This document shows, one piece after another, positions 13,105 to 25,810 of a DNA stretch of 64,000 nt. The notes below the pieces were generated by a model that was not told the origin of the DNA, made no database searches, and saw only the letters and a list, made by a program, of their open reading frames with translations. Source of the DNA: Octopus vulgaris (lineage: Eukaryota). The position numbers and the translations under genes were made by a program. Numbering within the stretch: the first letter of the stretch is position 1; each line of letters opens with the position of its first letter. The stretch covers positions 30,690,001 to 30,754,000 of the forward strand of contig OX597836.1 in NCBI GenBank assembly GCA_951406725.2, given 5' to 3'.

Positions 13105-13417
13105 CAGGCCTGACCAACTCAAATTACATTGCGGGCCACCTTAATCACAGAAAGTTTTTTGAGGGCTGCTTGTATGCTGACAGAATTGAGAGCATTTTGC
13201 TTTCTCATGCTATTATTACAATAATGAATAAATGATTGTTGATTCAACATGAAATATTATCGTTGCATAAACGGTAGTGTCTTTCTTTTTTACTTTTCAT
13301 TACAATCTTTAATTTTTTATAGAATTTTGAAAATGTTTGTTTAAATAAACCCATTTCAAGGAAGTATCAAGCAGGCAGCAAGATAAAAGTCTGTGGGCCC
13401 AAGGTTGGCCAGCCCTG
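13105..13417. mobile_element. hAT-type MITE
   Basis: caggcctgaccaac / gttggccagccctg TIRs. Perfect 8-bp TSD atttatac. Confidence 0.8.
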
Positions 13418-14458
13418 ATTTATACTAATGTACCAATACTTGTATTTAATTTATCTAACCTTTTAGCATTTAAACTGTCCATGTCTGGCTCAAATATATC
13501 CTCCCCCATTTTACATTCTAACTAGTCAGATCTTTCTTCTCTCACCTACTTTACAATTGTAAAAATAAACAATCACATCATCAAAATATTGAAGCAATGG
13601 AATAATGCATGATTAATTAAAACAATGTGAATATATATAGCATTACATTTAACAGAGTAATCTGAGTGCTAAAAGCTTGAGTAAATTTGATATTTGTTTA
13701 ATTTAGAGTGTATTGACCCAGTATTCTGAAAAAGGTTCCAGAAAGTCAATGTTGTACCTATGTATATGTATGTGTGTTTGTGTATATATATATATATATA
13801 TATTTCTTCAACCATTATAGTTCCAACTTGACAGCTTGTTAGGTTGGGAAGCTGATTGTTCTTCTATTGAAGAGATTGACTAATTTGTTCTTTGCAACAC
13901 CTCATTACAGAGGTTCCACTTTGTAAATAAAGATCCAGATGTGAAGATAATAAACAGAAAAGATATTTTTTGACTTTTAGTTTGTCTTCCTTATTAATGG
14001 ATGTTCTAAATTTAATGCATAATTTTTCATTCTTTTTTTTTTTTCTTTTTCTTCATTGAATATTTTTTGGAGATGTAACAACAAAGATTGGCAGTTTGAT
14101 GTGTGTGTGTGTTCGACCCCATGGAAAGCAGACATTAAATATTGATGATGATATATGATTATGAATATATATGTGCATGTATAACTACTGTGCTAATTCA
14201 TCTCATTACTGTCAGGTGGGTGTTGTTATTCCAGTAGCCAGGGAGATAATTTCACTTAGTGCTGGTGACAAGAGAAACACACTCGGTACACTCTATAAAG
14301 TGGTTAGTTTTAGGAAGGAAGGGCATTCAGCCCTTCCTAGACACCATGCAAAAGATGACACGAGCTCGACACAGCTCACCGTTTCCCTGTCAAATCATCT
14401 GACCCATGCCTGCATGGAAAGCAGATGTTAGATGAAGATGATGGTATATATGTATGTG

Positions 14459-14490
<32 letters not shown>

Positions 14491-15200
14491 TAGAAAGAGT
14501 TTTTGGCTTTTGTTGCAAAAGAACCACTGTGTTGCATCATTTCTGGAAATTATTTCTTCTTTGTCCCAGTGCATCTGGGTTCTACAGAAAACTGCAAAAC
14601 ATGGACACCCTTTCCCCTCCAACAGTTTCACCTTTATGCAGAGGGCTAGGTCTAGGTCAACCTTCCACTCTTACTCCTTCACATGCAAAAATGACTAGTG
14701 GCACTTAGTTCATACCATTTACACCAATCCCCCATAATTAGACAATATCCTCTCAATACCAATCTAATAGGATAAAATGCCTGTGATGGCAAGACGTGCG
14801 ATTTGTAAACATTTCCCTCCACCACCATTACCCAAACTTTTAGCACCTCCTCCAGTGTTTGGCTGTTCAACTAATAAATATCACTTGGGAAAAATTACTT
14901 CTTCCTCAATGTCAATGTTTGCAACTTAACACAAAAAATATTCCAAGAGATGTACAACCCAAATAATGGTAGAACCTATAAAGACCATTGCCGAGTATTT
15001 AATACCCAAGCTAGTATATAAATATATATATACTAGTTTCTCAACCATTTCAATCATTTGACTGCGGCCATACTGGAGCACCGCTTTTAGTCGAGCATAT
15101 CGACCCCAGGACTTATTCTGTCGGACTCTTTTGCCGAACCGCTAAGTTACGGGGACGTAAACACACCAGCATTGGTTGTCAAGTGATGTTGAGGGGACAA

Positions 15201-15234
<34 letters not shown>

Positions 15235-15240
15235 GTATAA

Positions 15241-15421
15241 AGTTAATCCAAACATGAAAGCACAAAAAACAACAACGCGAGGACGTGGAACAAATATAGT
15301 ATTTATTGGACGCTCAGGAAAGAAGGAGGGTTTAACGTTTCGAGCGGAGCTCTTCTTCAGAAACATAGGAGAAGGGAAGACAGATGAAAAAAAATCGCCA
15401 ATGGTACACACGCAGTCACAT
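15241..15421 (-). mobile_element. Short Penelope-like non-autonomous element with a minimal hammerhead ribozyme motif
   Basis: Minus strand gttt-CTGAAGA-A-GAGC-TCC-GCTC-GAAA-CGT-T-aaac at 15330-15364. The 3' end abuts (TA)n. Relatives at 24880-25084, 36352-36525, 51602-51803 and 63600-63765. Confidence 0.65.
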
Positions 15422-15820
15422 TTTGAATGTATACAAATATACAACAGGCTTCTTTCAGATCGTGTCATATAGCCAGCTGGAGACGATGTCTCCTGGGGCT
15501 AAATTACAGCAACATTAGTCCTAAACCAGGACTGCCTTGTTATGTTGGCAAAAATCTTTACTCCAAAGTACTGTTGCTGAATATCTCATTGTGAGATTTA
15601 AAAATAGTAATTTTCTAGTCAGGAAATCTGCTTTAGAATGTTTACATGTGACACAATGTTTAGAATATTACAATTTGCTAATAACTTGTTAGTTAAAGGA
15701 ATACCATAACATCCTGATGATGTAGTTTTAGTTGGACAAGTCTACTAAAAGATCTAACCATGAGTCTCCACACTTTAACAGATCTGTAACGGGTTTAAAT
15801 TTGTAAACATTATTATAATA

Positions 15821-16207
15821 GGCGTAGGAGTGGCTGTGTGGTAAGTAGCTTGCTTACCAACCACATAGTTCCAGGTTCAGTCTCACTGCATGGCACCTTG
15901 GGCAAGTGTCTTCTACTATAGCCTCGGGCCGACCAAAGCCTTGTGAGTGGATTTGGTAGACGGAAACTGAAAGAAGCCCGTCGTATATATGTATGTGTAT
16001 ATGTTTGTGTGTCTGTGTTTGTCCCCCCAACATTGCTTGACAACCGATGCTGGTGTATCTACGTCCCCGTAACTTAGCGGTTCGGCAAAAGAGACCGATA
16101 GAATAAGTAGTAGGCTTCCAAAGAATAAGTCCCAGGGTCGATTTGCTCGACTAAAAAGGTGGTGCTCCAGTATGGCCACAGTCAAATGACTGAAACAAGT
16201 AAAAGAG
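15821..16207 (+). mobile_element. SINE family A copy
   Basis: Full length with TSD tataata. Confidence 0.85.
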
Positions 16208-16440
16208 TATAATATGTTGGAGTCAGCAGTTGTGACGATAAAAAGTTGTTATTATTGCATGTTGTAGGTTGCGAAAGAGGAACAATGCATGAAGTTTTAA
16301 GAAAGTATTTATATACCGTTACGTTACAATACCTTGCCTCGATGGACAGTTTATGATAACTCCAAAAGCATGCGAAGTAAAGTTAATTGCGGTAGAATGT
16401 TTCATTACATAGTCTGGTGTATATGAATAGTTAGTAGTAA

Positions 16441-16743
16441 TCTATATATATAAAACTGTAGTTGTGTGAGTGTCTGTCCCCTTCGATTTAGATTCCTAAC
16501 TACTCCCACATTTTGTGGTGCAGTTTAACCAAAAGCGGGTATCTTATAGTCGTGATTCATATCGAGCCCTTCTGGATATTAGCACGCGTCTACGGTGAGT
16601 CTACGATTAAAAAAAAAAAATTACCATCATTTTATCCCATTTTAATGCACTTTTTGGTTATTATATAAGGGAGGTAACTCTCTAAAAATGCTTATATAGT
16701 TATTTCCCTTACAAACCCGAGCAACGCCGGGCGATACTGCTAG
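16441..16743 (+). mobile_element. Non-autonomous Helitron, short copy
   Basis: A|TCTATATATATAAAA 5' end. Subterminal GC hairpin CCCGAGCAACGCCGGG then CTAG|T. No TSD. Confidence 0.85.
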
Positions 16744-17651
16744 TCCACAGATAACGATAGAATCATGTTGTAAGAGAACAGAATTAGAGCTAGACAGAAT
16801 AGTAGGGTGTTGTCTCACAGTTGCTTTCTCCCTCTGACCAAGGTTGGTTAGCCAGAACTCGTTGAATCATCACCAACTGTGACTAACTTAGTTGAGTCGT
16901 CACAACCGTGACAAACTGATTTTTGTTTGGGGTATTCTTGCTTTTATAACAATCCAGAAGGATAGACACACCGTTGAAAACAATAGATTTAGTTGGTGGT
17001 CTTGTTATCTCTATTCTAGCTTTTAGTGAAGAAGAAGAGGTTAGAAAGTGGTGAAGACATTATTTCGGCCTAGCTAAAGGAATCTGGAAGATGTAAAACT
17101 GCTGTCAGAGAAAAACCTTTGTTCCATCGTGGGAAAAGTTCTGTTGCAGTGTTAATTTAAATTTGGCTATGGTGGATCGAATCCACTTCATGCATGCAAG
17201 ATCTACTACAGATCTATGGTTTAACACTTTAGTATTTAAACCAGCTATATCTAACCCAATTGTTCTATCTGTTTTAAGTTCAAACTGGCCAGATCCTGCT
17301 TTTTACACCTACCCAGCAAATTCATTCTAAATATAAACAATTATATCATTGTAAAAACTAATACTTCCTTTCTCCAGGGCTTTTGTAATGAGCGTGAATG
17401 CCCCGGTCCGTGGGAAATGGCCGAAACCGATCCATGGTGCAAAAAAAAAAAAGTGTGAGGGATCACCGATCTAAAAGCAGTGAGCAAGAGAGATAACTCC
17501 AATGAAATCAGTTGATCGAAATTTGGGAACAATATAGAGTAGACGTATTGTTTTCTTATCTCCCATACACTTTTATATCTGGCATTGCGTGCTGGCATAC
17601 TGCGATTTTATACGTGTGTGTGTGTAATAATTAAATTAAATTATATATATA

Positions 17652-18540
17652 CTAGCAGTATCGCCCGGCGCTGCTTGGGTTTGTAAGGGAAATAACTATA
17701 AAGCATTTTTAGAGAGTTATAGCAAAAATGCATTAAAAATGGAAAAAAAATTATGGTAAATTTTTTTTAAATCGTTGACTCATCGTAGACATTTTTTAGA
17801 GAGTTACTTCCCTTATATTTAAAAAAATATGCATTAAAATGGAAAAAAATTATGGTAAATTATTTTTTAAATCGTAGACTCATCGTAGACGCGCGCTAAT
17901 ACCTAGAAGGGCTTGATATGAATCACGACTATAAGATACCCGGTTTTGGTTAAACTGCACTGCAAAATGTGGGAGTAGTTACGAATCTAAATCGTAAGAG
18001 ACAGACACACAACTTCACTTTTATATATAAAGATTTGTGCAACAACTAAAACATTTGGTTGTGCAAATTGTTTGCACAGGAAACCTGCCCTGTGTGGCGG
18101 TTTTTGTGGATCTGTTTCAGCTTTTCTAGCAATTTCTGTTTTGGCGACTTCAAGCCATGAAGTCGTTGCTCTAAAAGAACGCTGGTCTCCTTGACAACGC
18201 TTTACGACGTTGATTTCCTTACACTCCCTTCCCCACAGCTTCACGAGGGAGGGAAGAAGGGGGAGAAGCAACACAGGTGCAGCTGTGAGCATGGACGCCA
18301 ACTCCGCCGCCATCGACACACGAAAAAATATGCATTAAAATGGTATAAAAAATGATGTTAAATTATTTTTAAAATCGTAGACTCATCGTAGACGCGCGCT
18401 AATACCCAGACGGGCTCGATATGAATCACGACTATAAGATACCCGAATTTGGTTAAACTGCACCGCAAAATGTGGGAGTAGTTAGGAATCTAAATCGAAG
18501 GGGACAGACACTCACACAACTACAGTTTTATATATATAGA
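17652..18540 (-). mobile_element. Non-autonomous Helitron, composite with two 5' ends (18540 and 18033)
   Basis: Reverse complement of the same TC...hairpin-CTAG family, inserted at A|T. Confidence 0.85.
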
Positions 18541-18676
18541 TATATATAATAATATTAGGGAGTATATCCAAACTTACAGGGAAAAATTAGATCTAGGATT
18601 AAATCAAATTTCACAGTATAAATATGAATTAAATTAGAGATTAAACCACTATTTGGCAACTCAAACAGTGATAGAA

Positions 18677-19177
18677 TCTATATATATAAAACTGTAGTTG
18701 TGTGAGTGTCTGTCCCCTTCGATTTAGATTCCTAACTACTCCCACATTTTGCGGTGCAGTTTAACCAAATTCGGGTATCTTATAGTCGTGATTCATATCG
18801 AGCCCGTCTGAGTATTAGCGCGCGTCTACGATGAGTCTACGATTTTAAATTTAATTTAACATCATTTTTTATTCCATTTTAATGCATAATTTTTCGTGTG
18901 TCGATGGCGTCCATGGTCACACCTGCACCTGTTTGCTTCTCCCCCTTCTTCCCTCCCTCGTGAAGCTGTGGGGAAGGGAGTGTAAGGAAATCAACGTCGT
19001 AAAGCGTTGTCAAGGAGACCAGCGTTCTTTTAGAACAACGACTTCATGGCTTGAAGACATCAAAACAGAAATGGCTAAGAAAGCCCGAATTGGCATCTAT
19101 AAGGGAAGTAACTCTCTAAAAATGCTTATATAGTTATTTCCCTTACAAATCCGAGCAACGCCGGGCGATACTGCTAG
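18677..19177 (+). mobile_element. Non-autonomous Helitron
   Basis: A|TC...CCGAGCAACGCCGGGCGATACTGCTAG|T. Inverted relative to 17652-18540. Confidence 0.85.
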
Positions 19178-19276
19178 TATATATATATATACCGGAGTAA
19201 ACACATAAATGTGAAACAAGGTGGAAAAAAGAGTACTCAAATACCAGTGGTAGAGTAATATGCTTTATTTAAAGCA

Positions 19277-19343
<67 letters not shown>

Positions 19344-19659
19344 CATATATTAATAAAAGAAATAAAACATATGCATATATATAAACATATATGTACGTAC
19401 CTACCTCTACATGTACATATACACGCATATATGAGTACAGGACACACACACACATACATATGTTGTATATATAATGAAAAGTCACCCGGATCTTTAAACC
19501 CAGTAAACCCTATAAACTGCGATAGTGAAAATAATAGAAATAAAATTTTAAAATATATTCTTTCTATGCGGCCCATTACCAATTGATCCACGGTCCAGTG
19601 GCTGGAATTCTTGTAGATTAATTGTTTGGATAATCAAGTTGACGAAAGTTTTTTTTTTT

Positions 19660-19770
19660 TCCCCTCTCTCTGTCCTTCTCTCTTCCTCTCACTCTCTCCT
19701 TCTCCCGCCTTCTCTCTTCCTCTCACTCTCTCCTTCTCCCGCCTTCTCTCTTCCTCTGACTCTCCCTCAA
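19660..19770 (+). repeat. Polypyrimidine tract with a 34-bp tandem repeat (about 2.5 copies) just upstream of the MRGBP ATG
   Basis: ccttctctcttcctctcactctctccttctcccg at 19674-19707 and 19708-19741, partial third copy to 19757. Confidence 0.85.
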
Positions 19771-19795
19771 CACCAAATCAACAACACAAGACAAC

Positions 19796-19880
19796 ATGGC
19801 GGAGAACGTGGATCCGCTCAACTGGAGTGTCGACATGGAAGTCAGCTTGTTCCATGCCATGCGTGGACACAAACCAGTTG
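19796..19880 (+). CDS. MRGBP: MRG/MORF4L-binding protein (Eaf7 family, NuA4/TIP60) exon 1
   Basis: aacATGG start. Encodes MAENVDPLNWSVDMEVSLFHAMRGHKPV(G), matching the Eaf7/MRGBP motif W..E.EV.LFHAM.GHKPVG. Donor gtaagt. Confidence 0.93.
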
Positions 19881-21061
19881 GTAAGTGTTTTTTATTCGTC
19901 TTTAATGTTCAGTTTTATCAAAAGCGAAAACGTTTCAAATAATTGTTCGCTGGCATTGTGTTGTTGTTAAACCTTTTCTTGACAGCATGACCAGTTTTTA
20001 AGACATCGTGCATATGTGTATGTATGTATGTATGTATATATATATATAATTATATATATATATATTTATTTATATATGCATGTAGATGTAGGTACGTACA
20101 TATATGTTTGTATGTATGCATATATTTTATTTATTACACTATATATATATTTATATATATATATATATATATATAGTCAAGGGCAAGATTAATTAATTAA
20201 TTAATAATTAATAATTTTACCTAGCAGTGTTCAGTATGTGAAAGGGAGAAATAGCTAAATTTTTTGGCTGCTATTTCTAAAAGTTCCGTATGTGGTAAAG
20301 CAAATTTTTTTGCTGAACCCTAATTATATATATATATATATATACATACATACTTACTTATGTGTATACGTACACGTTTAGTGTTGTGAGAACAAAGAAT
20401 ACTAAATACCATCGTTGGAATTGATATATTTTATTTGGTCGAGTCAGTCTATTGCTACTCACATTATGTGTGTGTGTATATATATATACACACACATATG
20501 TTTATATACGCTAGCACATACATACACAAGGCTGTAAATATCTGTCATGGTGTCTCCATGATATAATAGTGAAACTTAAACGATAAAAGATTAATCAATT
20601 TATGATATATATATAAGTAATCCTTCGATATTTAGTACACATTCATTCACACGAACCTTTCCTCTTGCATCGAATATCTTGACTATGGTTTCACACTCAA
20701 ACGCGTATATATATATATATATATATATATATTCCAATTAAGGACTGAACACGAAAAGTGGACAGTCAACATGCTAGATATAGACGTCAAATCGCCATTC
20801 TCCACAAAAGATTATGGGTACTTGTCAAGTACCAGATTATGTTCTCAAATCAAACTCAGCACAAAACATAATCTTTTGTGGAGAATGGCGATTTGACGTC
20901 TATATCTAGCATGTTGACTGTCCACTTTTCGTGTTCAGTCCTTAATTGGTATATATAAATATTTTAATCTTCGAATTCTTTTTTAATATGCTAGACCACT
21001 GGTTTTAATTGATAAATATCAATTTCTACCCTTAATTAATTTTATATAAATTATATATATA

Positions 21062-21123
<62 letters not shown>

Positions 21124-21977
21124 ATAAAATTAATTAAGGGTAGAAATTGATATATACTAATTAATTAAGGGTAGAAATTGATATATACTAATCGTGCAAA
21201 TGTTTGTGTTTACAAATTAGAGCGACAAAAATATTCAATACAATAAAAACGTGGAATTTCTAGTTTTGCTTGTTGGTTTACGTTTCCTGATCTCATGTAA
21301 TATCTATCGATATATACACTTTTTTAAAAAAAATAAAGTATACATCAATATGTGTGTGAATATGTTTATATATGCACAAATATTCCAATTTCATGGCTAA
21401 TCTTGATGAAAGAAAGAGTATATATACATACATGCATTATGTCCTATACTTATATGTCGAGTTATAATAATAATAATAATAATTTTACATTAAACTGAAG
21501 AATTAATGCTTTTTGTAGAGTACATATCTATCATTAGGGGTCCCTATTATTCTTTAACGTGAATAGTGTTGACAGTGACTTCGAAGTTTCGGAATATATG
21601 TATGTATTCGTGTATGTATAAAATTATTTTATTGATTGTAATTAATACAAGCCACTGAATCTAGGAGACTTGTAAATATTTCTTTCATCTCTGTAAAAAA
21701 AGGTTTGCATTTCCAGTCGACTTATGTAAAACTGGTTTTTAAAAAAATCTGGGGTGTTTTTTTTCAGTCTATATATTTTTAGTAAATATTATAAATATAA
21801 TTTATAAACAAATATAAATTTAGTATAGTGTGCGTAACTAGCTTAACATATTGGAAACGGTGTAAACTATGTAAGTATACCTTAGTGATCATTGTGTTGA
21901 TAGTGAAATTAACAATGAAATTGAGTAATTTAGTAAAGGGTCATAATCTGATGCACCGGCACAAGAGAAAAAAAAAA

Positions 21978-22405
21978 GGCGATCTTTCGTCTCTAGTAGA
22001 CCTTTCCGTCGATTTCCGTAAAAAATTTTTTTTTTTTTTTACATTTGGGCTTGCGGGAACTTTTGAAGTAATATACATACATATACACATACACCGAGTA
22101 AAAAATTTCAGTTATCTCTTTCTTTCACACATTACTCTGTCTCTTCACATACACTAACAGAAGCACTTCACTTACACAACATACTGTCTGTCTCCCACAA
22201 CCCATCAAACACACTCACACACACACATGTACATCAATGCTTCCCATGCACGGTAACTTCAAAAGAACTTCCCTCGTCATAAAATCGCTTTCTCTTAGTC
22301 TCTTTCGCTCTCATTACTTCAAAAGTTCCCGCAAGCCCATATGTAAAAAAATAAAAGTTTTTTACGGAAATCGACGGAAAGGTCTACTAGAGACGAAAGA
22401 TCGCC
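21978..22405. mobile_element. MITE with long (about 95 bp) TIRs, Merlin-type
   Basis: TIR ggcgatctttcgtctctagtagacctttccg. Flanked by A8 on both sides. Second copy at 39842-40246. Confidence 0.85.
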
Positions 22406-23280
22406 AAAAAAAATTATCATCATCATGATTTTCATTATTTTGCTGGCAGAATCGTTTGCATGCGTAGGAGTGGATGTGTGGTAAGTAGTTCTCATTCACA
22501 TTAACGTCTCTGTCCAGCCCGCCACTGCCTTTATCTGTGTACGACCTTCATGGTCAATTCGATAAAATAAAGTAGCTTGCTTACGAACCACATGGTTCCG
22601 TGTTCAGTCCCACTGCGTGGCACCTTGGGCAAGTGTCTTCTACTATAGCCTCGGGTCGACCAAAGCCTTGTGAGTGGATTTGGTAGACAGAAACTGAAAG
22701 AAGCCCGTCGTATATATGTATGTTTGTGTGTCTGTGTTTGTCCCCCCAACATCGCTTGACAACCGATGCTGGTGTGTTTACGTCCCCGTAACTTAGCGGT
22801 TCGGCAAAAGAGACCGAAAGAATAAGTTCTAGGGTCGATTTGCTCGACTAAAGGCGGTGCTCCAGCATGGCGACAGTCACATGACTGAAACAAGTAAAGG
22901 AGTATTCCGGACAAAATGCTTTGTAGCATTTCTTTTGGGGTTTTTTACGCCCTGAGTTCAAAATACCACTGAGTTCGACTTTACCTATCATCCTTGCATG
23001 GTCAATGTGATCGACTAGCTCCCTCCCCCGCCAGATTTTAGGCCTTATGCCTATATGCACATGTGTAGTTATGCCTTATTATGGCATACCTACGCATGTG
23101 TATCCCCTCCACACAAACACACTTTGTTTCCTCATAACTTCCAGAAGAACAGATGCTTTTTAATGAAATTTTCCATTTCTGAAAGTTGTGAAGCAACAAA
23201 GTCGAGTTAGTAGTATTACTGGCTGATATACAGAGCAAATGTAGGAGAAACTATGTTAGACATAAGCTCCCCCACCTCTC

Positions 23281-23315
<35 letters not shown>

Positions 23316-23316
<1 letters not shown>

Positions 23317-24221
23317 TAGCAGTATCGCCCGGCATTGCTCGGGTTTGTAAGGGAAATAACTATATAAGCATTTTTTAGAGAGTTATAGCCAAAAATTGGC
23401 AAAAAAATGCATTAAAAATGGAGGGAAAATGATGGTAAATTTATTTTTAAATCGTTGACTCATTGTAGACATTTTTAGAGAGTTACTTCCCTTATATAAT
23501 AGCGAAAAAATGCATTAAAATGGGAAAAAAATTATGGTAAATTTTTTTTAAAATCGTAGACTCATCATAGACGTGCGCTAATACCCAGAAGGGCTCGATA
23601 TGAATCACGACTATAAGATACCCGGTTTTGGTTAAACTGCACCGCAAAATGTGGGAGTAGTTAGGAATCTAAATCGTAGGAGACAGACACACAACCTCTC
23701 TTTTATATATAAAGACTAGCAGTATCGCCCGGCGTTGCTCGGGTTTGTAAGGGAAATAACTATATAAGCATTTTTAGAGAGTTACTTCCCTTATAAATTC
23801 GGGCTTTCTTAGCCATTTTTGTTTTGGTGTCTTCAAGCCATGAAGTCGTTGTTCTAAAAGAACGCTGGTTTCCTTCACAACGCATTACGACGTTGATTTC
23901 TTTACACTCCCTTCCCCACAGCTTCACGAGGGAGGGAAGGGGGAGAAGCAAACAGGTGCAGCTGTGAGCGTGGACGCCAACTCCGCCGCCATCGACATAC
24001 GATGCATTTTATGCATTAAAATGGAATAAAAAATGATGTGAAATTATTTTAAAAATCGTAGACTCATCGTTGACGCGCACTAATAGTCAGATGGGCTCGA
24101 TATGAATCACGACTATAAGATACCCGAATTTGGTTAAACTGCACCGCAAAATGTGGGAGGAGTTAGGAATCTAAATCGAAGGGGACAGACACTCACACAA
24201 CTAGAGTTTTATATATATAGA
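23316..24221 (-). mobile_element. Head-to-tail Helitron dimer (23716-24221 plus 23316-23715) in MRGBP intron 1
   Basis: Two complete TC...CTAG units joined as CTAG|TC at 23716/23715. Confidence 0.85.
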
Positions 24222-24656
24222 TATATATATATATATATATGATGACATCTCTAGGACCACTAATTTAAGATGTCCCCAACCCCTCAAACAAGAGCTTGCA
24301 GCAGCAAAGCATATTTATCTGTACGCATACACACACACACACACACTTTTTATGTGTGTGATGTGTTCTGTCTCCATCCGACTTTCCATTGACACTGCTT
24401 GGAAAATAGTGTTGCATCATTTAGCCGTGTGACAATTAGCAATCTCTTAATATCAAACTTAAATAGAATGTAAGCTGACAGTGTTGATGTGATTGAATCA
24501 AATTTGGTGATGGCCTAGCACGGCTGTTCAGTGACCGAAACTAGTCAAAGAGTAAAAGTGCATGTTGAAAATTTATTGAAACTCATAGAAATATCTTAAG
24601 AAATGGGTTAATAACTGTATTAATTTCCTGTTGTTTTTATCTATTTGAAATTTCAG

Positions 24657-24778
24657 GAGTAAATCGGTTCTTCCAGATGATTTGTATTCATGAAAAATTG
24701 AACAATGCTTCAAGCAAGAAGATTCCTATTAGTGATGTATGGAAACATTTGGGAGAAATGTATGATCTCATGGCTTTG
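24657..24778 (+). CDS. MRGBP: MRGBP exon 2
   Basis: tttcag|...|gtaaga. Encodes (G)VNRFFQMICIHEKLNNASSKKIPISDVWKHLGEMYDLMAL. Confidence 0.93.
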
Positions 24779-24842
24779 GTAAGATTTTATTCAAACTATA
24801 CCCTATTCCTCAAATCTTAAAAAAATGTATTAACACTACATG

Positions 24843-24879
<37 letters not shown>

Positions 24880-24886
<7 letters not shown>

Positions 24887-25082
24887 CTGCCATGTTAAAT
24901 TGTTAGCTCCTGCACGCATTTTTTTTCTCTCCGTGTTTCTTTTCTGTGTATCTTTCTGTTGAAGAGCGTAGGCTCGAAACGTAAAAGACTTGTTTTATTT
25001 CTATTCCTGAGTGCCATACTAATACAATTGTTTGTTTGTACTCCACCTGCCTTCATCTTTTGTTTTTTTCGTAAGCTTCCCG

Positions 25083-25084
<2 letters not shown>
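24880..25084 (+). mobile_element. Hammerhead-motif element, related subfamily
   Basis: tcttt-CTGTTGA-A-GAGC-GTAG-GCTC-GAAA-CGT-A-aaaga at 24951-24988. Flanked by (TA)n on both sides. Confidence 0.6.
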
Positions 25085-25123
<39 letters not shown>

Positions 25124-25380
25124 AAGTAAGATAGGGGTTATGGGTGTAACCCACTATGGGATATCATTTATCCAATATACTGTTGGTAAACTACCCAAAT
25201 CCTTAATACATAAATGTTTTTAATTGCAATGCAATTAATTCATTTATTGTATTAAACGAGTAAAGGTAAAGAAATATTTTTACCGTAAATTTATAATACA
25301 AATAAGAAAATGGAGAAACAAATTTAGTTTGTTCATCAACTTTCGGATATTAGAATGTTGGATTATTTATTCATATATAT

Positions 25381-25810
25381 AGGGTTATCCCATAAATAAT
25401 GCAGTTTTTTTAAAATTTTTCAAAATTAAGGTAAACAAAGTTCTTTTTTAATCTAAAATATACTCTCCTTCATTTTCTATATTGCTCATGCATCTATCTG
25501 GTAGACTTGCAAGGCCCCTCTTCCAAAATTCACTTGTCTGTGATGAAAAATACTCTTCCAATATTGTTTGGACCTTGTCTACAGAATTCATATTTTTTCC
25601 ATCCAAATGATTCTGAAGACTGCAGAATAAATGATAATGAAATGGGGGCAATGTCTGGCAAATATGGTGGGTGGAGCATCAGTTCCCATTCAAACTGCTC
25701 CAGCCTTTGGAATGTCATCCTTGCTGTTTGTAGCTAAGCATTATCCTGATTGAAGAACAGCTTTTGTCTTGAAACCAAAGATGATCACTTTTCTTCTAGC
25801 GCTGACTTGC
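25381..25810 (-). mobile_element. Tc1/mariner transposase 3' remnant
   Basis: Frameshifted ORFs with LHPPYLPDIAP (YSPDLAP motif) and the C-terminal ENEGEYILD* typical of mariner. Confidence 0.8.

Noticed and set aside
16767-17210. Possible solo LTR (TG...CA)
   Set aside because: No matching TSD and no second copy in the window.
17384-17440. GGCCGAAACCGATC hammerhead-like half motif
   Set aside because: No CUGANGA core at a suitable position.
17987-23951. Repeated ORF LPSLVKLWGRECKEINVV at 17987, 18882 and 23760, suggesting a gene family
   Set aside because: Internal sequence of the Helitron copies. Starts and ends differ between copies and no domain is recognisable.
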